A stretch of DNA of 61,196 nt, the filler included, from Stramenopiles sp. TOSAG23-2 (taxonomy: Eukaryota): the NCBI GenBank assembly GCA_900128395.1. It is 5 parts of 5 records of this genome, joined end to end, with 100 filler letters (N's around TTAATTAATTAA, not from the genome) between each part and the next. Parts side by side here need not be neighbours in the genome. Positions count along the whole stretch, not along the records: positions 1 to 12,173 come from LT649872.1; 4 more parts are not named here. One strand, 5' to 3'. Shown here piece after piece: positions 1-11,737 of the stretch. The position numbers and the translations under genes were made by a program. How positions within the stretch are numbered: the stretch's first letter is position 1; the number at the start of each line of letters is the position of its first letter. Under the pieces are notes generated by a model, which was not told the DNA's origin, did no database searches, and saw nothing but the letters and a program-made list of their open reading frames with translations.

Positions 1-437
1 TTACACATAAATAGATCCTTATAATATTAAAACAACATATAGAAACACAAGATACATTATTGACACCCACACACTTCAGGGCAGGGAATTTGTACTTAAC
101 TTGCGTGGAAATTGGACAGACACATCATAGCACCACGTGTAAAATTTAGCACTTTACTAAAATTATATTATCTTCGAATACAATGCTATACAAATGACAC
201 ACAAATGGGCGGCCTATATCGATATATAGTTAGTGGAGTAAAAGTAAATCATATACTTAATAAATAAAAATAAAGAAAATATCTCATACATAAACAGGAC
301 ACTATTGTTTTAATTGTTTATTTTCAAAAAGTGTCGTATATCGTTCATGATTGTTATCGGATTTAAATGTTTCTAAGACCGTCTTTGTGTTCATACGTCT
401 CTGTTCAAATTTACCAAACGGAGAATACAAAATAAAC

Positions 438-1835
438 ATGAATAAATCGCAGAAAAAATTAATTGAAGCAGGCGAATCGTCTATTCCTCGTGCTAGTATA
501 AATGGGGTTACGTCTGAAACATTAGCACTTGCTGGACTATATAATTTAGCAACAAATAATCCAACATTAGGGGCTAGGTCGTTAAACTCGGTCGGATTTA
601 TTCCAACACCAAACAGAGTTATTCCAATACCAAACAGCAATGTCACCATATCCTGTCCTAATAGAAATCTCAATAATTCATCGTCCATAAAGAGAAAGGC
701 ATCGTCATCTCCATCCCTTTTGTCAAGTGATGGTGCCAGTATAATCTCACCACCAAAAAAAAGCAAAATAGCACAACTAAAAAGCGTCACCAAGAGTATG
801 AATGATGCTGACTTACAAGAGCAACAACGCCAAGTGCAGCAGCAGCAGCAGCAGCAACAACAACAGCAACAATTCCAGAATATGATAATCTTTCAAAACA
901 TGAATCAAGCCCCTCCTAACGCTGTGTACCAACACCTATATGGTGCTGTAAATAATAACTTCAACAATACCAATAATATGTACGCGGCACAAGCACAGCA
1001 ACAGCTTTTCCAACAAGCACTGTTGCAAGCAAATATGGCAAATTTACCACCAAACTTTGCAACAGCAAACCTTACCACGTTGCCACCAGGATACAATTTA
1101 CCACCCGTTTTCAACCAACAATCGAACCATGTAGTCGCCTATAATAATGCGAAAATAGATGAATCATCAGCCAAAGAAGAGCATCGACGCGAGCAAAGGC
1201 GAATATCTGCGCGTACGAGGCGACAAAATAAACGAAATGTTTTAGAGCGTGCTGAGTTTGAATGTAATAGGCTTAGGGTATTGCAGCAAGCATATAAAAT
1301 GCAAATGAAAACACTAGATGCACACGTACGTATAAAAGCTGGTCGTGCTCTTGGAGTCATTTCGCGCATCAATCGTAGACCAGTATGGCAACAAATGATG
1401 AAAAATGCTCAAGATGAGTTACAAGCGGAGGAAGAGCGAAGGAAAAGAGAAAATGGTAATAAAAATGCATCGGGAAATAAGCCACTGGATGTAAGGAGAG
1501 AAAGAAATCGTTTGAGTGCAAAAATGTCACGTCTAAGAAAACGAGTTCGTTTGGAATTTTTAGAGAAAACTTCTATAAATCTCAAAGCACAAATTAATTG
1601 CTTACGACAGCATTTAGGGGCAGTCAACGCCGCTAAAGTAGCTGCATTGGATCTAGGTCCAGGACCTTACGATAGTAACATACAACTTGGTGTGTTATTA
1701 TCACATGGCACAAGCAGCAATGGAAGTGGTAAAGATAATAATCACCAAACTACTAATGGTAACAAGAGCAAGACAGAAAGGGAAAAAACAGCAGTAGCAA
1801 TAGAAAAAGGCTCATCATCATCGACAAAGGTGTGA
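438..1835 (+). CDS. bZIP transcription factor with two basic-leucine-zipper regions and a Gln-rich region
   Basis: First in-frame ATG at 438. Basic regions RREQRRISARTRRQNKR and RRERNRLSAKMSRLRKR, each followed by heptad-like Leu repeats; poly-Q tract. Confidence 0.8.
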   Translation: MNKSQKKLIEAGESSIPRASINGVTSETLALAGLYNLATNNPTLGARSLNSVGFIPTPNRVIPIPNSNVTISCPNRNLNNSSSIKRKASSSPSLLSSDGASIISPPKKSKIAQLKSVTKSMNDADLQEQQRQVQQQQQQQQQQQQFQNMIIFQNMNQAPPNAVYQHLYGAVNNNFNNTNNMYAAQAQQQLFQQALLQANMANLPPNFATANLTTLPPGYNLPPVFNQQSNHVVAYNNAKIDESSAKEEHRREQRRISARTRRQNKRNVLERAEFECNRLRVLQQAYKMQMKTLDAHVRIKAGRALGVISRINRRPVWQQMMKNAQDELQAEEERRKRENGNKNASGNKPLDVRRERNRLSAKMSRLRKRVRLEFLEKTSINLKAQINCLRQHLGAVNAAKVAALDLGPGPYDSNIQLGVLLSHGTSSNGSGKDNNHQTTNGNKSKTEREKTAVAIEKGSSSSTKV

Positions 1836-2551
1836 AGCGCCAGCGTCCCAACCACGCCTGTCCGCCTCTATGATTGGGAGATCAGCGCGCCACAAAAGGC
1901 ATCAACAACTACAACCAAAACAAAGAATACTACTGTCGCTGAGGCAGATAAATAAAAATAGGGCGAGTTCAAAAATTAAAAAACAAACAAAGAAAACTGC
2001 AAGAAAATTATACACAGGTACTTGATAGAACAAAGAATGACATAGAGGGAACAAACATAATCTCGTATGTTGAATTAACTGCCGAGTTCTGGGATTCACG
2101 CTCCTCAAAAATGCAATCAATTTTTTATTCAGGTCTGTGTCTAATCTAGGTCCTAGACTTTTTAGTCTGTGTTAGTCTGCGTCGTCAGACTCTTTCCGGA
2201 AGTCTGTGTCTATCCTACTGTATAATACCTTAACCTGGTATTTACGTATTTACTTTCCACGCCTTTTTCCTTAAAAAAACAAAGTATTAATAATAATAAT
2301 AATAATAATAATTAAAAATAATAATAAAAAAAATAGGTTACGTAAGGTGCAACAATATATAATACTAGTATAATACGTAATATGAATAATAATATACAAA
2401 CAAAAAAAATAAAGATATATGTAAATACGGATAGTATATATTTTATTGTACAAACATTTACTCTATACATAAACATCATAAAATAACAATTACTATTTTA
2501 CAACTACGATCGTATAATACGATTCTAACACACATTTATCTGTTAAAAAAA

Positions 2552-3790
2552 ATGCAACGATATACTATCATCGCTTTCATTGGGATTGTCCTTGCAATAT
2601 CATATTATATTTTTGAACAATGGGTGACTGCTAATCCACCAGTATATTCCGAGTCAATTCCAACATCTACTGGTGTTTTAATGTTACAAGGTTTTGCTGT
2701 GCAACGAAGGACAAAAGGTAAAATGGATCAAATAGCAAAGGATTTTTTTAATCCACATAATGAAAAAAGCAATCCAACTTATTCAAAGACAATTGTATTG
2801 ACTGGAGCAACTTCTGGACTTGGTTTTGGTACTGCAACACGTTTACTTGCATCAGGTGGGTTTAAAAAATTAATTTTGCCATGTCGAAAAGGTAACAATA
2901 AGGAATATAATGAAAAATTTATTGATCGCTTATCAAAAGCTGCTAAACAACTTGTATTGTTACAGCGTGCACCAAGTGCAATGAAAAATGGTTTAATGAA
3001 TATTGAAAATGGATTAAAACATTTGGAGATTCTACAAATGGATCTTGCTAGTTTAACTTCTATTGATAATTGTATTTTGAAAATGAAAAAAATATTAGGA
3101 GAGGAAGAGATTACAATTGATGTATTGATCAATAATGCTGGATTGGTAAATATTTATGGCAGTAAAACTAGTGATGGTTTTGAAAAAGCATTTGGAGTAA
3201 ATTATTTAGGCACGGCATATTTCACAGAGCAAATCAAAAATACAAATTTATTTTCTACATACGATCCAATAAATGAATTTCCACGAGTGGTTATGGTGAC
3301 ATCGGAGGAACATCGCTTATATAATAAAATTAAATTGGAAAACCAAACTTATTTTGGAGATTTTCATGATTTCGGTTTATTGAGTGGAGGACAAATGGAA
3401 GGATATGCATACAGTAAATTTTTGCTAACTACGTATTCACATGAATTATCAAAACAATGGGAAAATGAAGTACGAATTTTTGATATATGCCCAGGACCTG
3501 TAAGCTCAAATATTGCTGGTGATGCACCATGGCCTATAAATGAAATTGTTGTCTTATGGATGAAATATTCATTTGTATCTGGTGTAGATGCAGCATTGCC
3601 ATTATTCAATGTTGGTTTTTATAAACATTCAAAAACACGAGTTGATGATAAGTCAAAACCATTAGTACATTTTCATATGGGTGAAGAAAGACCAGCATCA
3701 AAGGAAAGTCAATACGAATCAAATGGAAGTGTCTTATGGTCGTTGACACATAAATTATTTAAAAATCGAAAGCCAATTACTGATGTATAA
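2552..3790 (+). CDS. Short-chain dehydrogenase/reductase (retinol dehydrogenase/WWOX-like) with N-terminal membrane anchor
   Basis: TGATSGLG Rossmann motif, DLASL, INNAG, YAYSK (YxxxK), CPG; hydrophobic N-terminus. Confidence 0.9.
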   Translation: MQRYTIIAFIGIVLAISYYIFEQWVTANPPVYSESIPTSTGVLMLQGFAVQRRTKGKMDQIAKDFFNPHNEKSNPTYSKTIVLTGATSGLGFGTATRLLASGGFKKLILPCRKGNNKEYNEKFIDRLSKAAKQLVLLQRAPSAMKNGLMNIENGLKHLEILQMDLASLTSIDNCILKMKKILGEEEITIDVLINNAGLVNIYGSKTSDGFEKAFGVNYLGTAYFTEQIKNTNLFSTYDPINEFPRVVMVTSEEHRLYNKIKLENQTYFGDFHDFGLLSGGQMEGYAYSKFLLTTYSHELSKQWENEVRIFDICPGPVSSNIAGDAPWPINEIVVLWMKYSFVSGVDAALPLFNVGFYKHSKTRVDDKSKPLVHFHMGEERPASKESQYESNGSVLWSLTHKLFKNRKPITDV

Positions 3791-4299
3791 TGGAAGGTTT
3801 TGATGCTGACATACGTATTATAGATTTTTGTGTACGAAGTAAAAAATATAATTTTAAAAATAATTCTCTTATTTTATGCATATTTAATTTTACGCCAATA
3901 TTAAATTTTAAAAAAATATTACGAGCGTATTATATACGAGTCGTACACGTACTCTCCGGTAAAATACGAGCTTGTGTAATACGTACCCATTAATAGTGTT
4001 GGGGACTGAAAAATGAATAAAAAGAACAGGAAAAGATTCATAATATGTGTGCTAAATATGATATGTCATACGAAGCGTTCGTACGAGAGAGATTATATAT
4101 TTTATTGTACGTTTTTTAACTATTTTTTAATATATAAAAATGTTTTCAAAAAAAGAAATATTCTATACTCGTAATTTTTTTTTATTTTACGTGTGTGTGG
4201 TGTGTGCCAGTGTGGTATAAAAAACAAGAACAAAAACACACACACAAATACACGGTAAAACACAACAACACAAAAATAGAGTGTGTGTATCTATCTCCT

Positions 4300-5550
4300 T
4301 TAATTTAACATTTCATTTGCTTGTGCATAAACATCTACATGACATTCAACACTATCATTGATATCTGGAAATGAATATCCACCTCCCATGGTTATTAGTA
4401 CCTTTACATCTCTTCCATCATCAATACTATTACGCCTTTGCTTGCACCATTCATATACTATTTCATTACGTTTTTGTAATGTCTCTCGTGATAATTTTAA
4501 TCTACCTAAACGATCCGATTTCAATGCATCAACACCAGCTTGATATATAATGATTTCTTTTATCAATGAATTATTACCATAATAATCGCTTGGTTCATTC
4601 AGCAACATTCCGCTGACAGAATCTAAACTATTTTTACATACATCTAAATATTCCTCATCACTAATATCATCTTCCAATCCAATATCTAAATCACCTAAAA
4701 CTCTTGATTTCCATGGATAGTTTTTATCCCCATGTATCGAAAATGTAAATGCAGCTGGTTCATTGTTTAACATGGCTGCAGTTCCATTACCTTGATGGAC
4801 ATCAAAATCTAATACAATAACACGATTAGCATTATATAAAGATTTTGATTTATTATTATGATGTAATGCAAAATTTGTACAAACTGCAATATCATTAAAT
4901 ATACAATATCCTTCGCCATGCTCAGCAAAGGCATGATGTGTACCCCCGGCAAGATTACCTGCCACATTTATTGTTGGATCTTTTTTATCAAGTAAATATT
5001 CAAGTGCTGACAAACTACCACCAGTTATTCGATATGTTCGTCGTACAAAATCATATGAAAATGGAAATCCAATTTTTCTATAATCTTTATCACTCAATAA
5101 ATTCTTTGAAAAATTGAAAACATATTCCTTTGAATGTACAGCTGTTATTTCATCTATGTCTGCAAGCCTGGACTGTAAAATTTGAATTCCGATATTATTT
5201 GGATGATTTGTAATATATGTAGACATAGCATCGTATACTTGCTGATAACGATGCATTGGGAATGTGTGGGTAGGCGGCAATTCCACTGTATAATCTAAAT
5301 GAGAAAATACGGGAGTTAATAGTGGATTATTAACATTATTATTTTTCTTTGTCGATATTGTTCTATTTGTAAACATATTTTTATTTGTTAATTTTATTAC
5401 ATGATTTTTTATATTATTTTGTTTTACATAATGATTGTCAAAATGAAAAAGATTTGTTGTAGTATTGATGATGGAAGGTACCACTAGATGTCGAGTAACT
5501 GATAACGTAGATGGTACAAATGGCTGCTTACATTTACATATTATATTCAT
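4300..5550 (-). CDS. Histone deacetylase-superfamily protein (HDAC11/bacterial AcuC-like)
   Basis: HTFPM, GGTHHA, GYCIFND, DFDVHQGNGT, AGVD and GGGY motifs. Confidence 0.9.
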   Translation of the reverse strand: MNIICKCKQPFVPSTLSVTRHLVVPSIINTTTNLFHFDNHYVKQNNIKNHVIKLTNKNMFTNRTISTKKNNNVNNPLLTPVFSHLDYTVELPPTHTFPMHRYQQVYDAMSTYITNHPNNIGIQILQSRLADIDEITAVHSKEYVFNFSKNLLSDKDYRKIGFPFSYDFVRRTYRITGGSLSALEYLLDKKDPTINVAGNLAGGTHHAFAEHGEGYCIFNDIAVCTNFALHHNNKSKSLYNANRVIVLDFDVHQGNGTAAMLNNEPAAFTFSIHGDKNYPWKSRVLGDLDIGLEDDISDEEYLDVCKNSLDSVSGMLLNEPSDYYGNNSLIKEIIIYQAGVDALKSDRLGRLKLSRETLQKRNEIVYEWCKQRRNSIDDGRDVKVLITMGGGYSFPDINDSVECHVDVYAQANEMLN

Positions 5551-6625
5551 TATGGAGAAATAAATAAATCATTTGTTTTCTAATATACCATTCCTTGCAT
5601 TTCCAATTTCTTTTTCTACTTTCTATCTTTGTAATTTTGATTTTGCACTTTTCTTTGATTGAAAAATAAATTCAATAAATAAAAAGCTGGTTTATGTGTT
5701 GTTGTTATCGTGTACTGCAAAAGTAGTATTGTAACAAGTACAATAGTTAAAGGTTAAAAGTGCTCATCGAATAAATTCTCCGTCTTCTTCTTCTTCATCA
5801 ATAAATTATATCGATACACTACATATTGGAAAATGGGTCTAATTATTTCCAGTAGCATGTGACATAGCATTACATCGTATTATATAGATAATAAGTAGTA
5901 ATTAGTCTACATAAAGTACAAGTGGCCATTCGACCACCCCAGGATTACCTTAATGCTAAAATCTAAATACACCCGTAAAATTATGATAGGTTATAATGTT
6001 GTTTTTACGTAGACTAGCAAGACTATGCCAGTATGATACTGTAAGAAGTAAGAAGTAAGAATGCTCGAGACAATTTCAACATTTTTTCAAAACACGAACA
6101 AACTAACTAAGGAAAAAGATGGTAGAGCTAGTGCTATTACCATCTTATATTACAAAGTTTTAAAAAGTTGTTGTCCATCATCATATTTTATTTTTTTGAA
6201 TAGCAGCACAATATGGAAGAAGAAAAACAACAAAAAACAACAACACTCCAGCATAGTCGGAACACACGACGCTCAGAACTCCAGCACTCTATGGAACACA
6301 CAAAACTATAAAAAATTATATATTATTATAATTATGATTTACACGACTTGTGATTTGTATTACATGTACAATTTTCAATATGATGTATAGAAGATAAACA
6401 AGAAGCAAGGAAGACAATAGGTATTTAAAGCGGCGTGCATAATATATATATATATATATATGAAAAGCAAGGATTGTAGAAAAAAGAAAATATCGTGGGC
6501 ATTACAATCATATATATAATATATATTATTGACAAAAAAAAGAAGAAAATTAATAACAAAGTTTTTAGTCACTGTTCGTATAGTAATAATAATATTATTC
6601 ATATATATATCACAAAAATATAAAC

Positions 6626-8389
6626 ATGAATGTAACGGATGATGATTTACAACGAGCGATCGAGGAATCTATGAGAGCAGAAAATAGACGTCGTGAACAA
6701 AGTTTTTCAACTCCTGGTTTAAATGATTCTGTTGATGATGCATTGATGGCAAAAGCATTGGAGGAATCATTAGCAATGGAAGGTCATAGAATGGGAGCAG
6801 CTAAGACAAGTAATGAAGAAGATAAATTTTTGAAATTGGCAATAGAACAATCTAGGCGTGAAAGTGAACAAAATGACAACAACAATAGCGGTTCTTCCTC
6901 AAAAACATCATCCACTACGAGGACATCGACCAATAACAATAGGTCCTATGCATCTGCCGTCGGTAGAAATCAAAATAATAATAGTAATAATAATAGTAGT
7001 AATAAATCAAACGTTCGAAAACGTGACCAATTATTGCCACCACCAGATGATGATGAGGATCCATTATTAATGGCAGCAATACAAGCATCTATGACTCAAG
7101 ATCAACAAGAATTAGCAAGGAAATCAAAGGCGGAAAATAGGAAAGCAAAAAAGAAAATGAAAAAAAATGAAAGAAGAAGATCAGGTAGTGGTAATAAGAG
7201 TTACAATACTGATTTCAATTTTCCGACGAATCCAAATCCAACTAATTTTGAAAGACGTCGAATGTCAAATAATAATAAAAAACATAGCAATGGTAGTAGA
7301 AGTAACAATGATTTTGTGGATCTTACATCTGGGGAAGGTGGCAGTAGTAGCAACAAAAAATCATCATCATCATCATTTGCAGAACAAGTAAGTTCTTTAA
7401 GAAATATGAAAGTAAAAGAGATGAAGGATGAATTGAGAAGGTTAAAAGTGCCATTTTCAGATTGTATTACTCGCCAAGATCTTGAAAGTCGATTAGTTTT
7501 AGCTAGAGATGCGATGGGTGATGATTATAATTCCACAGGTTCTTCTTATCGAAATAAACGACGTGGCAATAGTTTTTCCAGTTTGGATGGTGGTAGCGGC
7601 AGCAGTAGTGGGGGCGGATCCGTTAAGAGTAAAACTAGCCGGAAACCAAAAGTAGATCCGAAATTTTTAGAAGAAGCTCAACAAGCTGCTGAATTAGTTG
7701 AACGTGAAGATTTATTATCTGTTTTGCCAAATGAAATACGAAATAAAGCAGAGGTATTATATGCGGAAGCAATGGAACAATATAGGCGTATTTTCAGCAC
7801 TAGGAATGGTAGTAGATTAGTTAAAAAGCCGCATATTCGTGATTGTATTAGCAAAGCCAGATATCAAGTTCAAAACGAACAAAGAGCGCGTATGGATGAA
7901 GCTAGAAGAAAGCAAAAAGAGGAAGAGAAAAGAATACAAGAAGTGGTAGAACAAGCGGAACGCGAAGAACAATTGAGTGCATTACCGGATAATGTACGTA
8001 TTGAAGCTGAGATGTTATTTGCTAATATGATGTCTGAATTTCAACAAGTTGGTGGAAGAATGCCTAGAATGGATTATGCTATATCAATAGCTACAGATAA
8101 GGTTAAAGAACAACAACGGTCGCGTGAGGAAGAATTGAGGAAGATTGAGGAGGAAAAAGTAGCAGAAGAACGAAGAATTAAAGAAGCAGAAGAAGCAAAA
8201 ATTCAAGCTCAAAAGGAAGCAGAGGAGAAAGTAATCCAAGCACGTAATAATGAATCTAGATCAGCAAGAGCAGCAAGATTTGCAGCTGCATATGAGAAAA
8301 GAATGGCTGCTAGTAAAAACAATGGTGGTGGTAGCGGTAATAGTAAAAACGATGAAAATAATCAAGAACAAATTAGCAAGAGGAAGTAA
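6626..8389 (+). CDS. Ubiquitin-interacting-motif (UIM) protein with SAP-like module and C-terminal coiled coil
   Basis: Four UIM-like helices (DDLQRAIEES, DALMAKALEES, DKFLKLAIEQS, DPLLMAAIQAS); MKVKEMKDELRRLKVPFSDCITRQDL; E/K/R-rich coil. Confidence 0.75.
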   Translation: MNVTDDDLQRAIEESMRAENRRREQSFSTPGLNDSVDDALMAKALEESLAMEGHRMGAAKTSNEEDKFLKLAIEQSRRESEQNDNNNSGSSSKTSSTTRTSTNNNRSYASAVGRNQNNNSNNNSSNKSNVRKRDQLLPPPDDDEDPLLMAAIQASMTQDQQELARKSKAENRKAKKKMKKNERRRSGSGNKSYNTDFNFPTNPNPTNFERRRMSNNNKKHSNGSRSNNDFVDLTSGEGGSSSNKKSSSSSFAEQVSSLRNMKVKEMKDELRRLKVPFSDCITRQDLESRLVLARDAMGDDYNSTGSSYRNKRRGNSFSSLDGGSGSSSGGGSVKSKTSRKPKVDPKFLEEAQQAAELVEREDLLSVLPNEIRNKAEVLYAEAMEQYRRIFSTRNGSRLVKKPHIRDCISKARYQVQNEQRARMDEARRKQKEEEKRIQEVVEQAEREEQLSALPDNVRIEAEMLFANMMSEFQQVGGRMPRMDYAISIATDKVKEQQRSREEELRKIEEEKVAEERRIKEAEEAKIQAQKEAEEKVIQARNNESRSARAARFAAAYEKRMAASKNNGGGSGNSKNDENNQEQISKRK

Positions 8390-8775
8390 CATTAAGATAT
8401 ATATATATACATGTAGTATATAATATCATATGATATATCTATGTATGGGATGTATTTTTACGTACGCGTACAAAGAGTAATAAAAGAGAGATTATAATGG
8501 CGTGTGTGTGGTGTGTATAAAACTATTTTGTGTGATATAATATGCACTGTTTTATATTATAATAGGCAATATAATAATAACAATAATAACATACCAGGTA
8601 TAATAACAAATAATAATTTTTTTTATCGTATCTCATATATGTATACTACTGTACCAAGTAATACTACACCGTGTTTTTTTAATTACAAACTACGAATACA
8701 CTAGAACAAATACATAATACGCGCGAATACACCTTCTCGCCACCGCACACATTTGCATTCATAAGAGCAACCCTT

Positions 8776-9507
8776 TTATGGACTACCTGCTATACCTTTA
8801 TTTCGATAATAATCTTCAAATGCATTTACACAATTAATATTATTAAATGTATATGCTACATCTAACGCAGTACGTCCAATATGATCTTTACACCAATAAT
8901 TTGCATTATGTCTCAATAAATATTTCACCAATTTATCATTATTATATTTACATGAAAGATGTAGCGGAGTATCTTTATTTTGTTTTGTTTTACTATTTAT
9001 CAATTTATTTTTTTCATATTTACTTATACAATGGTTTAATAAACATGATACAATTTCCACATTATTTGTGAAATGCCCACAAATGGTATGCAAACAATTA
9101 TATTCATCATATTTTACGATTTTTTGCCCTTTTTTTATATATTCTATTTTATGCACACGAATAGTATCTTTAAATATGTTAACAACATTGTCTTTATTAT
9201 TTAAACTTAATAACACTTCGAGTAATTCGATATTTCCAGTTTGAGCGGCTAGATGCAGCAAAGTTTTGCCATCTTCACTTATAATTTCATGTATATTTCC
9301 ACCAGCATTTAATAATACTTTTATAGTCTCGATTTCATTCTCCTCAAATGCTTGTTTTAATAATAATTTGGGTATATTTTCTTTTGGGCCGTGCTTTTCT
9401 TCAATTGTTTTTAATTCCCTTTCTATTTCTAATTCTTTTTTCCGACGACCTATTACAATTCTTCGCTTCTGCCGGAACAATTTCAATGTTCTTAATTTAG
9501 TATGCAT
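8776..9507 (-). CDS. Ankyrin-repeat protein
   Basis: GKTLLHLAAQTGN, YNCLHTIC, DTPLHLSC and GRTALDVA ankyrin motifs. Confidence 0.9.
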   Translation of the reverse strand: MHTKLRTLKLFRQKRRIVIGRRKKELEIERELKTIEEKHGPKENIPKLLLKQAFEENEIETIKVLLNAGGNIHEIISEDGKTLLHLAAQTGNIELLEVLLSLNNKDNVVNIFKDTIRVHKIEYIKKGQKIVKYDEYNCLHTICGHFTNNVEIVSCLLNHCISKYEKNKLINSKTKQNKDTPLHLSCKYNNDKLVKYLLRHNANYWCKDHIGRTALDVAYTFNNINCVNAFEDYYRNKGIAGSP

Positions 9508-9907
9508 TTCTTGTTCTAATTATAACATATAACAACCGATGCTAATATATGTGTATTACATATTATCTGAAGTATCTATGTCACCACGTGGATAGTTTTA
9601 TATATATATGCAGAGGTAGAATGGTAATTTTATAATGTGGTGTTTGCTGCTGGTGTTAGTTGTGTTAGTAGTGTGGTGGTTTTGATTAATATTAGTATTA
9701 ATAATAGTAGTACGAAGTACAGTAATAATATAATAGTCATTCAAAAATTTTTCGCGATGGTCCCCTTAAAAGAAAAATGCTGTCGTCATCAGTCCACCAG
9801 TCCACCTTTTCGTCGAGAGAAGAAGAGGTTTCTCTATACACATACAAAAGTAGAAAAAGAGAAAATATTTATATAACAAATTGCAACACCATCACACTCA
9901 TGTTGCC

Positions 9908-11188
9908 ATGGTAGAAGAAGAAAAACAAAAAGATGATGACGACGTTCCACCAATATCTATGAAAACATTATTTATTAAAGTTTTTCTTCCATTTTTTTTC
10001 ATTTGCTTAACATATCATGGAAATTTAATTTTATATCCAATTTTTCTCCGAAAAATGTTTAATGCGTCTGACAGTTTTATCGGTTTAGCGGCGACAGTAG
10101 GAAATGTAGGAGATTTATGTAGTTCTATCCCAGTTGGAAAGTTTATAGCAAGTTATGGAACCCGTCAGGCAGAATTGATGGCAACAACTTTGGTGGTATT
10201 AGCATATGTATTTTTTTCTATCCCTTCAGCCGTGGAATTAACGTGCGTATATAATTTTGTTCTTTGTGCTGGTTTTAACTGTTTTTTCCTTGCGCAACAT
10301 ACATTTTTAACCGCAAATGTACCAAAACATATTTCGGGGCGAGTTTTTGCATTCACTGGTGGTACGTGGCAAGTCTCTGGTATAATAGGAGCGTTAATGA
10401 TTGCATTATTTGTACATTTATCTGGTTTATATATGTCGTTTTTATTATTATGCCCAATAGTATTGACTACGATGACAATACAATATTTTTTCTTCCATGA
10501 TGAAATAAATACTGGGACGAAATCGAAAATCACAAGTAAGGAGGATGATGGGAGGAAAAAAGAAGAAGATGTAGCTACAACATCAATGGAATCTATAAAT
10601 GTTGAAATAAGGACAAAACAAATAGAGATTATCTATGATTTTAGAAAGGAACTTTGTGCTTTAGGTGGTTATGGTGTATTACTTATGCTTTGTAGATTTG
10701 GACGAATTGTGTTGATACCCTTAACAGGAATGGCAATTGGTCTATCAGTAACAAACATTGCAATTGTTACAGCTGCATCATTTTTCTGTGCATCACTTGT
10801 TTTCCCACTATCAGGTTATGTAATGGATAAATATGGAAGAAAGGTAAATTGCATTTTAACACCTTCAGTGATGGCATGTGGTTTTGGAATAATGATATTT
10901 GCAAAAGATTTCACTGCGTTATTGATAGCATGTATTGTAATCGGCTTTGGTAATGGTATGAGTACTGGCTTAATCATGGCGTTAGGTGGTGATTACGCAC
11001 CAAATGATGAGCGTCGTGGGCCATTTTTAAGCATTTTTAAATTGGTATTTGGCACTGGTCAATTGATTGGACCAGTTTTTGCAGGCGTTGTATCGGATCT
11101 ATTTGGAGTATCTGGTGGTGCAATTGCATTAACGATATGTTGTTGTCTGAATGCTCTATGGGGTATAGTTTTTGTTAAAACAAAGTGA
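9908..11188 (+). CDS. Major facilitator superfamily transporter
   Basis: About 12 hydrophobic segments in two halves; motif A-like GYVMDKYGRK. ATG at 9908. Confidence 0.9.
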   Translation: MVEEEKQKDDDDVPPISMKTLFIKVFLPFFFICLTYHGNLILYPIFLRKMFNASDSFIGLAATVGNVGDLCSSIPVGKFIASYGTRQAELMATTLVVLAYVFFSIPSAVELTCVYNFVLCAGFNCFFLAQHTFLTANVPKHISGRVFAFTGGTWQVSGIIGALMIALFVHLSGLYMSFLLLCPIVLTTMTIQYFFFHDEINTGTKSKITSKEDDGRKKEEDVATTSMESINVEIRTKQIEIIYDFRKELCALGGYGVLLMLCRFGRIVLIPLTGMAIGLSVTNIAIVTAASFFCASLVFPLSGYVMDKYGRKVNCILTPSVMACGFGIMIFAKDFTALLIACIVIGFGNGMSTGLIMALGGDYAPNDERRGPFLSIFKLVFGTGQLIGPVFAGVVSDLFGVSGGAIALTICCCLNALWGIVFVKTK

Positions 11189-11503
11189 AAATATTTTTTT
11201 ATCATACTACAGGTAATACAGTTAGAACAGTATAAAAAAGGAGATCTTATTGTATAGTTAAGAATCACATTCCTTAATTTCCTTAATTTTAAACTTCTCC
11301 TTAAATCTATAAGCTTGATCCGATAATAAAAAATTAAACGATGATGATATCCTCAAAAAAAAAAAGTAAAAGGTGCTGCAAAGTAAAATAAAAAGTTAAA
11401 AAAAAAGTGCTATTTATTTTACCTGGTATATACCAAGTACTACTCCATCATTTACATATATATAATATTATATATTATAATGAACATTTTCGTATATATA
11501 TGC

Positions 11504-11737
11504 TTAAGCATCGGTTGTTGGACATATAGTCCAATCAAATGTTTTACATGCATTGATGAATAAATCTAACATTGCTGGTCCATATGTAATTCTACCACCA
11601 TTAATTACATCAATCATTGCTTTTTTCTCCTCTTCCCCTATCCTATTATTAGAAACCATGGTATATTTCGTCGCACCATTGGAAGTATAATTATCATCAT
11701 TCATTTCATATGCATTTTCAATTACATTAGATGACAT
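11504..11737 (-). pseudogene. Short ORF resembling the N-terminus of a DegT/DnrJ/EryC1/StrS sugar aminotransferase (possible fragment)
   Basis: IGEEEKKAMIDVINGGRITYGP resembles the family N-terminal consensus; only 77 aa, with no PLP-lysine region. Confidence 0.35.
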
